From: a virus
Taxonomy: Duplodnaviria; Caudoviricetes
Length of the DNA: 27,366 bases
IMG/VR virus record: IMGVR_UViG_3300032250_000094
Span: 1-27,366 of that record
Direction: 5' to 3' (one strand)
The notes under the pieces are model-generated. The model did not search any database, was not told where the DNA came from, and saw only the letters and a program-made list of their open reading frames with translations. The position numbers and the translations under genes were made by a program. Below are positions 1 to 8,062 of this stretch, piece after piece (positions within the stretch are counted from its first letter, which is position 1; the number at the start of each line of letters is the position of its first letter).

Positions 1-1
1 A

Positions 2-889
2 AACGCTCACCGTGAGGCTGAGTTGGTAGCATCGCGCATGGCTGCATCTAAAATGGGTTTCTTTACGTCTGACAACGGTGAAGATGCGCCTGCTGATGAT
101 TATGATAACAGCGTACCCATCATCGATGCGGAACCCGGAACTTTTCATCAGTTGCCAAACGGCGTTGACTTTAAGCCGTTCGATCCTTCGCACCCTGCGA
201 CTGCGTTCAGCGACTTCCAAAAGGGCATTATTCGCGGGATAGCCTCTGGTCTTGGTGTTTCCTATGCGGCGCTGTCGAACGACCTTGAAGGCACTTCGTA
301 CAGTTCCATCCGCCAAGGTGCATTGGAGGAGCGTGACTCCTACAAGATGATGCAACAGTTTCTGATGGATCATTTCATTATTCCGGCGTTCAATACATGG
401 CTGATGCACGTTATGGAATTTGGATACATTCCTCTTCCTGCCTCGCGCTTCAACAAGTTCTCGTCTGCCGCCAGCTTCCGTCCTCGCGGATGGCAGTGGG
501 TCGATCCTCAGAAGGAAATTAACGCAGCCGTAACAGCGATGCACAATGGCGTTATGTCGATGCAGGATGTTGCTGGCCAATATGGCCGCGATGTTGAAGA
601 GACCTTCAGTCAGTGGCAACGTGACAAAGAGATGGCTGATGCTTTCGGACTTGAATTAGCCTTCTTCCCGTTTGGCGGTAACGCTGCGACCAAGGGTGTT
701 GATGTTGAGGAACCGGACGAAGACGATAGCGAAGACGATAGCAACGATGCACCAGCCGCACCCGAACGGGGTGGTAGACAGGAAGTCATTGTCAACATCA
801 AACAAGAGCAACCCCAAAAGAAACGCTCAGTCAAACTGGTTCGTGATGAAAAAGGGGTTGTTGTAGGCGTTGAGGCGAACGAAGAATAA
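2..889 (+). CDS. Phage portal protein, lambda gpB family (5' truncated by window edge)
   Basis: Frame is open from position 2. Lambda-portal motifs include IASGLGVSYAALSNDLEGTSYSSIRQG and PRGWQWVDPQKE. It ends in an acidic then basic C-terminal extension; the stop overlaps the next start (TAATG). Confidence 0.93.
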   Translation, partial: NAHREAELVASRMAASKMGFFTSDNGEDAPADDYDNSVPIIDAEPGTFHQLPNGVDFKPFDPSHPATAFSDFQKGIIRGIASGLGVSYAALSNDLEGTSYSSIRQGALEERDSYKMMQQFLMDHFIIPAFNTWLMHVMEFGYIPLPASRFNKFSSAASFRPRGWQWVDPQKEINAAVTAMHNGVMSMQDVAGQYGRDVEETFSQWQRDKEMADAFGLELAFFPFGGNAATKGVDVEEPDEDDSEDDSNDAPAAPERGGRQEVIVNIKQEQPQKKRSVKLVRDEKGVVVGVEANEE

Positions 890-1290
890 TGACCATAATC
901 ACAGCCCTTTGCGAGTCATACAAACGTGAACTGCTCATGGGTCTTCACGCGATCACTGACGACTATCGCATGGCGCTGTACGTTGACGGCGCAAGACTGT
1001 CTGCCGCCACTACTGCATACAGCGACAGCAACGAGGCTGTAGGCGAAGGTTATGAGGCTGGCGGCATCCCGATCCCGAATATGCGGGTCGAGAGCAATGG
1101 TGCTGAGTTCTACATTGACTTCGACCCAGTGGTGTACGCTCGGTTGACAGTTGCGGTGGATGGTTGTTTGATATATAACGCATCCAAAGAAAATCGAGCA
1201 GTTGCTGTGTTCAACTTTGGCGAGACGCTGACAGCACGCAATGGCAAGATTGAGGTAGAGTCCCCACGCGGAATAGTCCGCTTAAAATGA
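889..1290 (+). CDS. Putative virion structural protein (small beta-rich, paralog of next gene)
   Basis: Translationally coupled to portal. Shares the pattern AL..YK..L+.G / AL / SAA...YS....VG / ++Y / R.+A / G.I.V....GI with 1300-1716. Confidence 0.7.
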   Translation: MTIITALCESYKRELLMGLHAITDDYRMALYVDGARLSAATTAYSDSNEAVGEGYEAGGIPIPNMRVESNGAEFYIDFDPVVYARLTVAVDGCLIYNASKENRAVAVFNFGETLTARNGKIEVESPRGIVRLK

Positions 1291-1299
1291 GGCTGAAGA

Positions 1300-1716
1300 A
1301 TGGCTAACGCACTTTATAACCCATACAAGCAATCGTTGATGGCTGGGGACACCAACCTAGATTTGGACACTGACACCACGCAGGACGGTGTTTATGCGGC
1401 TCTGATCGACACCGGAACCTACACTTTTTCGGCTGCTCATCAATTCTATTCGCAACTTTCCGGCGTTGTCGGAACGGATCAACGTATCACCACGCCGACG
1501 ATTACTAGCGGTGTATTCGACGGAACTGATGTCACCTTCCCAAGTGTTACAGGGAACACGGCAGAGGCGATTGTTCTGTATCGTCGTAACTCTGGTGCAA
1601 ACACCACTTGGCGTCTGATTGCCTTTATCGACACTGGAGTTACGGGTCTCCCTGTTACTCCAAACGGCGGTAACATCACAGTCACTTGGAACGCATCAGG
1701 TATCTTCGCCATCTAA
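1300..1716 (+). CDS. Putative virion structural protein (beta-rich)
   Basis: 138 aa, T/G-rich, ending LPVTPNGGNITVTWNASGIFAI, a terminus I recognise from uncharacterised phage structural proteins. GAGG lies upstream. Confidence 0.72.
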   Translation: MANALYNPYKQSLMAGDTNLDLDTDTTQDGVYAALIDTGTYTFSAAHQFYSQLSGVVGTDQRITTPTITSGVFDGTDVTFPSVTGNTAEAIVLYRRNSGANTTWRLIAFIDTGVTGLPVTPNGGNITVTWNASGIFAI

Positions 1717-1793
1717 GCTTAAAACAACCGTGGACTTATTTTACCAAGTCAGCATATTTGGGGTTCCGCTCTAACCGTAGGAGGGTCTAACTA

Positions 1794-3812
1794 ATGGCTC
1801 TAGGAACCCCAGTAGCTGGCACTATATCCTATTCGGGTAACCAGACTTTAAACGTACCTTACCCCACTGGGTTAACGGCTACCACAGAAATTCTTCTGTT
1901 CACTGGTCAGAAGAATTTAAGATCACAGCCAAACAACGGAACAATCACCACACCCGCTGGCTGGACTCTCATAGACCAGCTTGAGGATGCTGGCGGATAT
2001 GGAACCACTGCAAACTCGGATGTTGGTAACACCAGCGTCAGAGTATACCGTAAAGACGTAGTCACCGGAACAGAGACCGGAAACCTCGCGTTAACTCTTA
2101 CCAACAACGAAGTCTGTTGGGGCTTCATGGTGCGGGTCTCTTATGCGGCAGGATCAACCGTATCATTTGGCTCTGCTGACGGACAGAACACCGTAGCGCC
2201 AGCCGTTGATGGTATAATCACTATACCGCTCACCAATAGCGCGTCCCCGACAAACTTTCAGTCCGGTGACCTCGCCATATGGGCGTATTGTATCCCAACG
2301 GATGTTCAGACGCCAAGCGCGTTTAGTGCGCGAAGCATTACCGCTACAGGCACGACTTTTGCTACCGCCGTTGAATTTAACGAACCAGATAACTCAACGA
2401 ACGACGACATTGGCGGTTACAGTGCCTACGCTTTTGCAACGGCAGGCTCTAGTACAGCCGCGCCAACAGTTTCCGCAACAGTAACGGGTACACTAACTAA
2501 CAATCGCGGCCCTGTTGTTGCAATTCGTCTGCGCGAAGTAGCTGGTGGTGGAACCCCACAGACCATAACTCAAGCGACCCGTTTCAACGAAGTTAACGAC
2601 TTCTTTGCAGCTACGGTCACTCAGGGTGGCGCTGGTCAGTCACTCACACAAAACGCTCGTTTCAATGAAACGAATGACTTCTTTGCAGCAACGGTCACCA
2701 CTGGTCCGGTCAACCTTACCCAGAATACACGTTTTAGCGAACTTAACGACTTCTTCGCTGCAACAGTCACCACCGGACCTGTTACCCTTACGCAAACAGC
2801 ACGGTTCAGTGAAGTAAATGACTTCTTTGCCGCAACGCTTACTCAGACGATCCCAAGCCAGAGCCTTACCCAGACAGCGCGGTTTGACGAATCAAACGAC
2901 TTCTTCTCTGCGACAGTCACCACTGGTCCGGTCAGCCTTACTCAGAACGCTCGTTTCAGCGAAGTTAACGACTTCTTTGCGGCCACAGTAACTACTGGCC
3001 CGGTAAGCCTGACGCAGACAGCGCGTTTCGATGAGGTAAATGATTTCTATGCTGCAACGATCAGCGTTGGAGCAACCACACTTACACAGAACGCTCGGTT
3101 TAGCGAAGTTAACGACTTCTTTGCCGCAACCGTAACCACTGGCCCCTTTGGCCTCGTTCAAAACGCTCGTTTTAATGAAGTAAACGACTTCTACGCGGCT
3201 ACAGTCACCACTGGGCCAGTTGCGCTTACGCAAACGGTGCGTTATGACAACGCGACCACTTTCTATACTGCAACCATCACAAGTGGCGCGACCAGCCTTA
3301 CCCAGACCAGTCGTTTTAATGCGACAACTACCTTCTACCCAGCCACCCTATCTGTTGGCGCGTTCACTCTTGTCCAAAACCTTCGCTTTGACAATGTAAG
3401 CAGTTTCTACACGGCGACAGTTACCACTGGACCCGTAACGCTCACGCAAAACGCACGGTTCAACAACACCAACACGCTCTTCCCTGCAAGCATTGGTGAT
3501 GGGTCGGAACAACCTATTCTGAGCGGTGGCACGGTCACAAGGCCGCGTAGGTTCCGTCCGGCCATACTATTCGATTTCCCAGAAAAGGAAGTCGTTCTAC
3601 CGGACCTAAATGCCAAAGCGCGTTTGGCAGGGTTGTCGGCTACTCTGAGCCTTGGTTCTGTTGTCGCAACATCCCCAGACCCAATCAACTCACGCACCAG
3701 CTTGGCGTTCACGCAGATCGAAACATATATGCGTAGTGTGAATGCGCAGTCGAGTTGGAACGATCCAAGTGACGAGGAACTACTGTTTATCCTTGATTTT
3801 GCCTTGGATTAA
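1794..3812 (+). CDS. Repeat-containing fibre/adhesin-like protein, 672 aa
   Basis: Strong SD (AGGAGG) upstream. Architecture is a ~250-aa T/A/G-rich beta domain, 13 tandem ~24-aa repeats, and a C-terminal DPSDEELLFILDFALD tail. Confidence 0.8.
   Translation: MALGTPVAGTISYSGNQTLNVPYPTGLTATTEILLFTGQKNLRSQPNNGTITTPAGWTLIDQLEDAGGYGTTANSDVGNTSVRVYRKDVVTGTETGNLALTLTNNEVCWGFMVRVSYAAGSTVSFGSADGQNTVAPAVDGIITIPLTNSASPTNFQSGDLAIWAYCIPTDVQTPSAFSARSITATGTTFATAVEFNEPDNSTNDDIGGYSAYAFATAGSSTAAPTVSATVTGTLTNNRGPVVAIRLREVAGGGTPQTITQATRFNEVNDFFAATVTQGGAGQSLTQNARFNETNDFFAATVTTGPVNLTQNTRFSELNDFFAATVTTGPVTLTQTARFSEVNDFFAATLTQTIPSQSLTQTARFDESNDFFSATVTTGPVSLTQNARFSEVNDFFAATVTTGPVSLTQTARFDEVNDFYAATISVGATTLTQNARFSEVNDFFAATVTTGPFGLVQNARFNEVNDFYAATVTTGPVALTQTVRYDNATTFYTATITSGATSLTQTSRFNATTTFYPATLSVGAFTLVQNLRFDNVSSFYTATVTTGPVTLTQNARFNNTNTLFPASIGDGSEQPILSGGTVTRPRRFRPAILFDFPEKEVVLPDLNAKARLAGLSATLSLGSVVATSPDPINSRTSLAFTQIETYMRSVNAQSSWNDPSDEELLFILDFALD
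2565..3512 (+). repeat. Coding tandem repeat, 13 x ~72 bp (consensus LTQNARFSEVNDFFAATVTTGPVS)
   Basis: Units read directly from the translation; two units carry 2-aa insertions. Third codon positions vary between copies. Confidence 0.92.
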
Positions 3813-3820
3813 TAGGTTGA

Positions 3821-3849
3821 TTGATTGTTGCAGGATTTGATGCTATTGT
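3821..3849 (+). promoter_or_regulatory. Possible sigma70-type promoter for the protease/capsid gene
   Basis: TTGATT (3821-3826), 17-bp spacer, TATTGT (3844-3849) preceded by TGn, in the intergenic gap. Confidence 0.35.
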
Positions 3850-3868
3850 TTCCGAAAGGGGTAATGTC

Positions 3869-5746
3869 GTGGAAGAAAATACTGAAGTAGAAGTTCCAGA
3901 GGCAGAGGCCGTTGAGGCCGTAGAGGCTATTGAAGTTTCTGAGGCCGTTGAGGAAGAGCGGAACGAAGCCGATATTGAGCGCCGTTCTGCCGTCGTTGAC
4001 ATTGCCGTGCGTGGCGTTGACGAGAAAAAGCGCACTGTTTCCATCGCTGTGTCGTCGGAACTGCCCGTCGAACGCTCGTTCGGAAAAGAAATTCTTGTTC
4101 ATGAGTCGAACGCCATTGATATGGCGTTTTTGTCATCTGGCCGTGCGCCGTTGCTACTCGACCATGATATGGAGCGCCAAATTGGCGTAATTGAATCTGT
4201 AGGTCTCGATGCCGATAGGGTGCTACGGGCGAATGTCCGCTTTGGGCGCTCTGCTTTGGCGCAAGAGATTTTTCAGGACGTTGTCGATGGCATCCGGGGG
4301 AACGTCTCCGTCGGCTACCGCGTCAACAAAATGGAGCGGTCTGCTTCGAACAAAGAAGAATATTTTGTTCGTTCATGGTCGCCCCTTGAGGTATCTGTCG
4401 TTTCAATCCCCGCTGACCAGTCAGTTGGCGTGGGGCGCAGCGCAGTTGCTCTCGAACCCCAAACCAAAGTTGAACCATCCATCAAAAAGGAAGTCAAAAT
4501 GACTGACGAAGTAAATATGGATGCGGTTCGGGCCGAAGCTGCTGAAGCTGCCGCCAAGAACGCATCTGCAATCATCGAACTCGCCGCTCGTCACAACAAA
4601 CGTGAACTTGGCGATGCCGCCCTCCGTTCGGGCAAAAGCATTGAACAGTTCCGTGGTGAACTGCTTGAAGCAATTGGTTCGGACAAGCCACTTGAGAACG
4701 AGAACATTGGCCTGAGCCAAAAAGAAGTTCGTGAGTTCTCGGTTGTCCGTGCAATCGCCGCCCTTGCTAACCCCGGTGACCGCCGTCTGCGTGAAGCCGC
4801 TGCTTTCGAATTTGAAGCATCGGATGCCGCTGCACAGCGTTATGGTCGCAGCGCACAAGGCATCATGGTTCCTAATGATGTTCTCGGCGTATGGGCGCAA
4901 CGTGCGCCTCTCTCGACTGCTACAAGTGCTAACGGCGGTGCAACCGTCGCAACAAACTTGCTTGCTAACGAGTTCATCGACGTTCTTCGCAATCAGGTCT
5001 CGGTCATGCAAGCTGGTGCGCGTATGCTCCCCGGTCTGCAAGGCAACGTTGCCATTCCGAAGAAAACCGCTGGTACGACTGGCGCGTGGATCAGCACAGA
5101 AGGCGGCGCTTCTACTGAGTCGAACCCAACGTTCGGCACGGTCACACTGACCCCAAAGAACATCGGTGCATTCACCGACATGACCCGTCAGCTTATCCTT
5201 CAGTCAACCCCTGCTATCGAAGCACTGGTGCGTGATGACCTTACTCAGGCTCTCGCATTGGCAATCGACAAGGGTGCGCTTGAAGGTACGGCAGCATCCG
5301 GTCAGCCACGCGGCTTGCTCAACGTTTCTGGCATCAATAAGCCAGCCAACTTTGCGGCTGCTGTCCCAACCTTTGCTGAAATGGTTGCTTTGGAAACTGC
5401 TGTTGCAGAAGACAATGCTCTGTTCGGTAACCTTGCGTACATCACTGACGCATCGACCTACGGTGGCATGAAGACCAAGCAGAAGGACGCCGGATCGGGT
5501 CTGTTCGTTCTTGAGAACGGTCAAGCCAACGGTTACAACGTAATCCGCACTCAGCAGGCAACTGCTGGTAACGTTTACTTTGGTAACTTCAGCGATATGC
5601 TGATCGGTATGTGGGGTGGCCTCGACCTGACGGTTGATCCATACACAGCATCGACTAGCGGTACTGTCCGCGTTGTTGCGCTCCAGACTGTTGACGTAGC
5701 AGTACGCAACGCAGTCTCGTTCGCTTGGAACAGCGACGGAGTATAA
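3869..5746 (+). CDS. Fused HK97-type prohead protease and major capsid protein
   Basis: GTG start at 3869 with SD AAAGGGG. Protease motifs PLLLDHD, VSVGY and EVSVVSIPAD. The C-terminal part is HK97-fold capsid-like (VAIPK...W..EG, PTFGTVTLTPK, YFGNFS, D.AVR...SF). Confidence 0.93.
   Translation: MEENTEVEVPEAEAVEAVEAIEVSEAVEEERNEADIERRSAVVDIAVRGVDEKKRTVSIAVSSELPVERSFGKEILVHESNAIDMAFLSSGRAPLLLDHDMERQIGVIESVGLDADRVLRANVRFGRSALAQEIFQDVVDGIRGNVSVGYRVNKMERSASNKEEYFVRSWSPLEVSVVSIPADQSVGVGRSAVALEPQTKVEPSIKKEVKMTDEVNMDAVRAEAAEAAAKNASAIIELAARHNKRELGDAALRSGKSIEQFRGELLEAIGSDKPLENENIGLSQKEVREFSVVRAIAALANPGDRRLREAAAFEFEASDAAAQRYGRSAQGIMVPNDVLGVWAQRAPLSTATSANGGATVATNLLANEFIDVLRNQVSVMQAGARMLPGLQGNVAIPKKTAGTTGAWISTEGGASTESNPTFGTVTLTPKNIGAFTDMTRQLILQSTPAIEALVRDDLTQALALAIDKGALEGTAASGQPRGLLNVSGINKPANFAAAVPTFAEMVALETAVAEDNALFGNLAYITDASTYGGMKTKQKDAGSGLFVLENGQANGYNVIRTQQATAGNVYFGNFSDMLIGMWGGLDLTVDPYTASTSGTVRVVALQTVDVAVRNAVSFAWNSDGV
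4487..4501 (+). promoter_or_regulatory. Internal RBS and in-frame ATG (4499) for protease-less capsid precursor
   Basis: AAGGAAG, 5 nt, then ATG in frame, immediately after the protease domain and linker. Confidence 0.65.
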
Positions 5747-5752
5747 TTGAAT

Positions 5753-5791
5753 GTTGGGGACTGAGATTTGGAAGTCGTCTCAGTCCCCGAC
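5753..5791 (+). promoter_or_regulatory. Strong stem-loop after capsid gene (attenuator/stabiliser)
   Basis: Arms GTTGGGGACTGAGAT / GTCTCAGTCCCCGAC form 15 bp with 2 G-U pairs around loop TTGGAAGTC. There is no long U-tract. Confidence 0.75.
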
Positions 5792-5807
5792 TTCTCAGGA
5801 GATTCAA

Positions 5808-6017
5808 ATGCAAAAGTATGAATGTATTCGCGGCGTTGTTACCTCCCTTGGTCCAATCGCCGTTGGTGACATCGTTAGCTTGCCAGCCGAAGAGGCTGTT
5901 GTGCTTATGGCGCATGGCAAACTAAAGATTGCTGAAGATACGGTTCGCGTGGCTGCGGCTCCAAAGGTCGAGCATCGTGATCCTGTAATCAAGAGCAGTT
6001 CAAAGAATGGGCGTTGA
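5808..6017 (+). CDS. Small capsid-adjacent hypothetical protein, 69 aa
   Basis: AGGAG SD at 5797-5801 favours ATG 5808 over 5751. The GD+V.L..EA..L...G pattern is common in genes following major capsid genes. Confidence 0.72.
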   Translation: MQKYECIRGVVTSLGPIAVGDIVSLPAEEAVVLMAHGKLKIAEDTVRVAAAPKVEHRDPVIKSSSKNGR

Positions 6018-6318
6018 GTCTGCCGCTGATATTCTGAGTTTCTTCGAAGTCGATGACTTTGCGGACACCGCCACCTACACGCCCGTAGGTGGTAGTGCTG
6101 TTTCTGTGAACGGCATCTTTGATGAGCCACAGGCCAGCCGTAACGCTACCGACCTACTGGACATCACTATCCCCTCGCCCCAGTTCGTTTGCCGCACGGC
6201 TGACGTCCCAGCGGCTGCTGACGGGGATCAAATTATCATTCGCGCCATAGCCTACACCGTGCGCGTTGTTTTGAATGATGGCACTGGCGTAAGCACACTT
6301 ATTCTAGAAAAGGTATAG
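6007..6318 (+). CDS. Head-tail joining (head closure) protein, lambda gpFII-like
   Basis: Size, position and beta-rich pattern (V.GIFD ... GD.+.I....Y.V....DGTGVS.L.L). Confidence 0.75.
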   Translation: MGVESAADILSFFEVDDFADTATYTPVGGSAVSVNGIFDEPQASRNATDLLDITIPSPQFVCRTADVPAAADGDQIIIRAIAYTVRVVLNDGTGVSTLILEKV

Positions 6319-6319
6319 C

Positions 6320-6763
6320 ATGGCCCACGTTCGTCAACAGATTAGGGATCGGGTGGCTACACTCGTTACAGGTCTGCCGACGACAGGCGCAAACGTCTAT
6401 AAGATGCGCCGATATGCGCTCGACGATTCCAAGATACCCGCGATCTGCGTTTACACAATGGACGAGAGCAGTTCGCTAATCACACTTGGTACGCGGACCC
6501 TTCGCCGGGTCATTAACGTCGCCATTGATGTTGTAATCAAGGGAAGCAGCACCACGGTATCGGACTCGCTTGATACGATCTGCGTATCGGCTGAGGAAGC
6601 CATCGCTGCCGACTTCACGCTTAACGGCCTCGCCAAATCTTGCATTTTGACTAGCACTGAGATAGATATTAATGTAGAAGGCGAGAAATCAATTGCGTCC
6701 GCAAGGCTGGTTTACACAGTTGAATATATCACCAGCATAACGGATGTGGAGACTGCACGATGA
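6320..6763 (+). CDS. Tail terminator/completion protein (gpU-like)
   Basis: N-terminal H.RQQIRD.V..L and PAI.VY pattern; lies between head closure and tail tube genes. Confidence 0.72.
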   Translation: MAHVRQQIRDRVATLVTGLPTTGANVYKMRRYALDDSKIPAICVYTMDESSSLITLGTRTLRRVINVAIDVVIKGSSTTVSDSLDTICVSAEEAIAADFTLNGLAKSCILTSTEIDINVEGEKSIASARLVYTVEYITSITDVETAR

Positions 6764-6903
6764 AAATGGTCAAGGTCTATAATGCTATTGGCGACGAGAT
6801 ACTCGCCTGTGAAGTTGATCTGGAACGCTATGCCGCTATCGGCTGGACGCCCGTTAAAGACAAGCCAAAGGCGAAGCCAGTGGCTAAAGAGGAGAAAGAG
6901 TAA
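6760..6903 (+). CDS. Hypothetical 47-aa protein (not in ORF track)
   Basis: MKMVKVYNAIGDEILACEVDLERYAAIGWTPVKDKPKAKPVAKEEKE. ATGA overlap upstream, TAATG overlap downstream, GGAG SD. Confidence 0.72.
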   Translation: MKMVKVYNAIGDEILACEVDLERYAAIGWTPVKDKPKAKPVAKEEKE

Positions 6904-7301
6904 TGGCTACGCACACTGGTTCAGAGGGAACTGTTCGGGTTGGCTTGAACGCCATTGCTGAAATCCGCTCTTATTCGGTCGAAGAGACTTCTGACACCGC
7001 TGAAGACACTTCGATGGGCGACAGCTATCGCACGTTCAAAACCACGCTGAAAGCATGGACCGGATCGGTTGATGTGTTTTGGGATGAGACTGACACGAAC
7101 GGTCAGGTCGCTCTTGTCGTTGGCGCACAGGTTACGGCAAACTTCTTTCCAGAAGGTGCGACGGCTGGTCAGACTGAAAAGTATTATTCTGGTGACGCTA
7201 TCGTCACTGGCAAGACTGTCACGGGCAGCTTTGACGGCATGGTCGAATCCACAATCACGCTTCAAGGCACTGGTGCTTTGACGCTGTCCACCTTGGCGTA
7301 A
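6903..7301 (+). CDS. Major tail tube protein, copy 1
   Basis: Tail-tube pattern EIRSYS+E...D..E.T.MGD..RT....LK.WTGS and final QGTGAL. SD GAGGAG; canonical position. Confidence 0.85.
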   Translation: MATHTGSEGTVRVGLNAIAEIRSYSVEETSDTAEDTSMGDSYRTFKTTLKAWTGSVDVFWDETDTNGQVALVVGAQVTANFFPEGATAGQTEKYYSGDAIVTGKTVTGSFDGMVESTITLQGTGALTLSTLA

Positions 7302-7312
7302 GGACTACTTAG

Positions 7313-7705
7313 ATGGCAACTCATACTGGTTCAGAAGGCACAGTCCGCGTTGGTACAACCAACAACGTGCTTGAAATCCGTTCTTACTCAATCGAAGAGA
7401 CTGCCGATACTGCGGAAGATACCGCAATGGGTGACAGCTACCGGACCTTCAAGACTACGCTCAAAGCGTGGACAGGTTCGATTGACGTATTCTGGGATGA
7501 ACTCGACACCACGGGCCAAGGCGCTTTGATCGTTGGTTCTGAAGTCGCTATTCGTTTTATGCCAGAGGGTGCGACGGCTGGAGACACTTATCTGTTCGGA
7601 CAGGCCATCGTGACGGGTAAGACTGTAACAGGTAGTTTTGATGGTATGGTAGAATCCACAATCACTGTTCAAGGAACTGGTGCTTTAGCCTCCGCTACCG
7701 CTTAA
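7313..7705 (+). CDS. Major tail tube protein, copy 2 (tandem paralog)
   Basis: About 77% amino-acid identity to 6903-7301 by hand alignment; own SD (AAGGA). Confidence 0.85.
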   Translation: MATHTGSEGTVRVGTTNNVLEIRSYSIEETADTAEDTAMGDSYRTFKTTLKAWTGSIDVFWDELDTTGQGALIVGSEVAIRFMPEGATAGDTYLFGQAIVTGKTVTGSFDGMVESTITVQGTGALASATA

Positions 7706-7723
7706 TTTAGAGGGATATAGTTT

Positions 7724-8062
7724 ATGAGTATTTTAAAGCGTATTGCAGAGCGCACATCGACAAAGAAGCACATTGATGTTCCAGAGTGGGGCGAAAATGG
7801 TACACCAGTTAAGGTTTATTATGGTCCCTTGCTTGCTGGTGAATTGAACCGCATCCAGCGCAAGCATCCTAACTTCCTTAATGACGCAAAGTTTGAAGCG
7901 CAGATCGACTTGATTATCCTAAAGGCAGAGAACGGCCAAGGTGAAAAGTTGTTTACGCTTGAGGACAAGGCTGGTTTGATGCGTGAAGAGGTCGGCGTTA
8001 TTGCAACTGTTGCTGGCGCGTTGATGAGTGGTACAAGTTCTGAGGAGCATGAAAAAAACTAA
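7724..8062 (+). CDS. Tail assembly chaperone (gpG-like)
   Basis: Lies between tube and tape measure; VPEWG motif; ends in slippery GAA AAA AAC TAA. Confidence 0.85.
   Translation: MSILKRIAERTSTKKHIDVPEWGENGTPVKVYYGPLLAGELNRIQRKHPNFLNDAKFEAQIDLIILKAENGQGEKLFTLEDKAGLMREEVGVIATVAGALMSGTSSEEHEKN

Noticed and set aside
1717-1793. Intergenic GACTT...AAGTC inverted repeat and weak promoter-like sequence
   Set aside because: Only 5 bp of complementarity and a poor consensus match; could be chance.
2565-3512. ~72-bp periodic repeats as a CRISPR array
   Set aside because: Repeats are in-frame coding units that vary at third positions, with no constant repeat/unique spacer structure and no cas operon.
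3905-3953. Short GAGGCCGT(T/A) repeats at the protease N-terminus
   Set aside because: Low-complexity EAV linker; no sign of regulatory function.
4421-5041. 206-aa minus-strand ORF and similar antisense ORFs across the late region
   Set aside because: Shadows of well-supported structural genes, expected from codon bias.
5725-6017. Capsid C-terminal extension by readthrough or frameshift
   Set aside because: In-frame readthrough stops within six codons, the downstream gene's frame has TGA at 5748, and no slippery heptamer is visible.
7299-7315. Readthrough fusion of the two tail-tube genes
   Set aside because: The genes are in different frames, there is no slippery site, and the second has its own SD.
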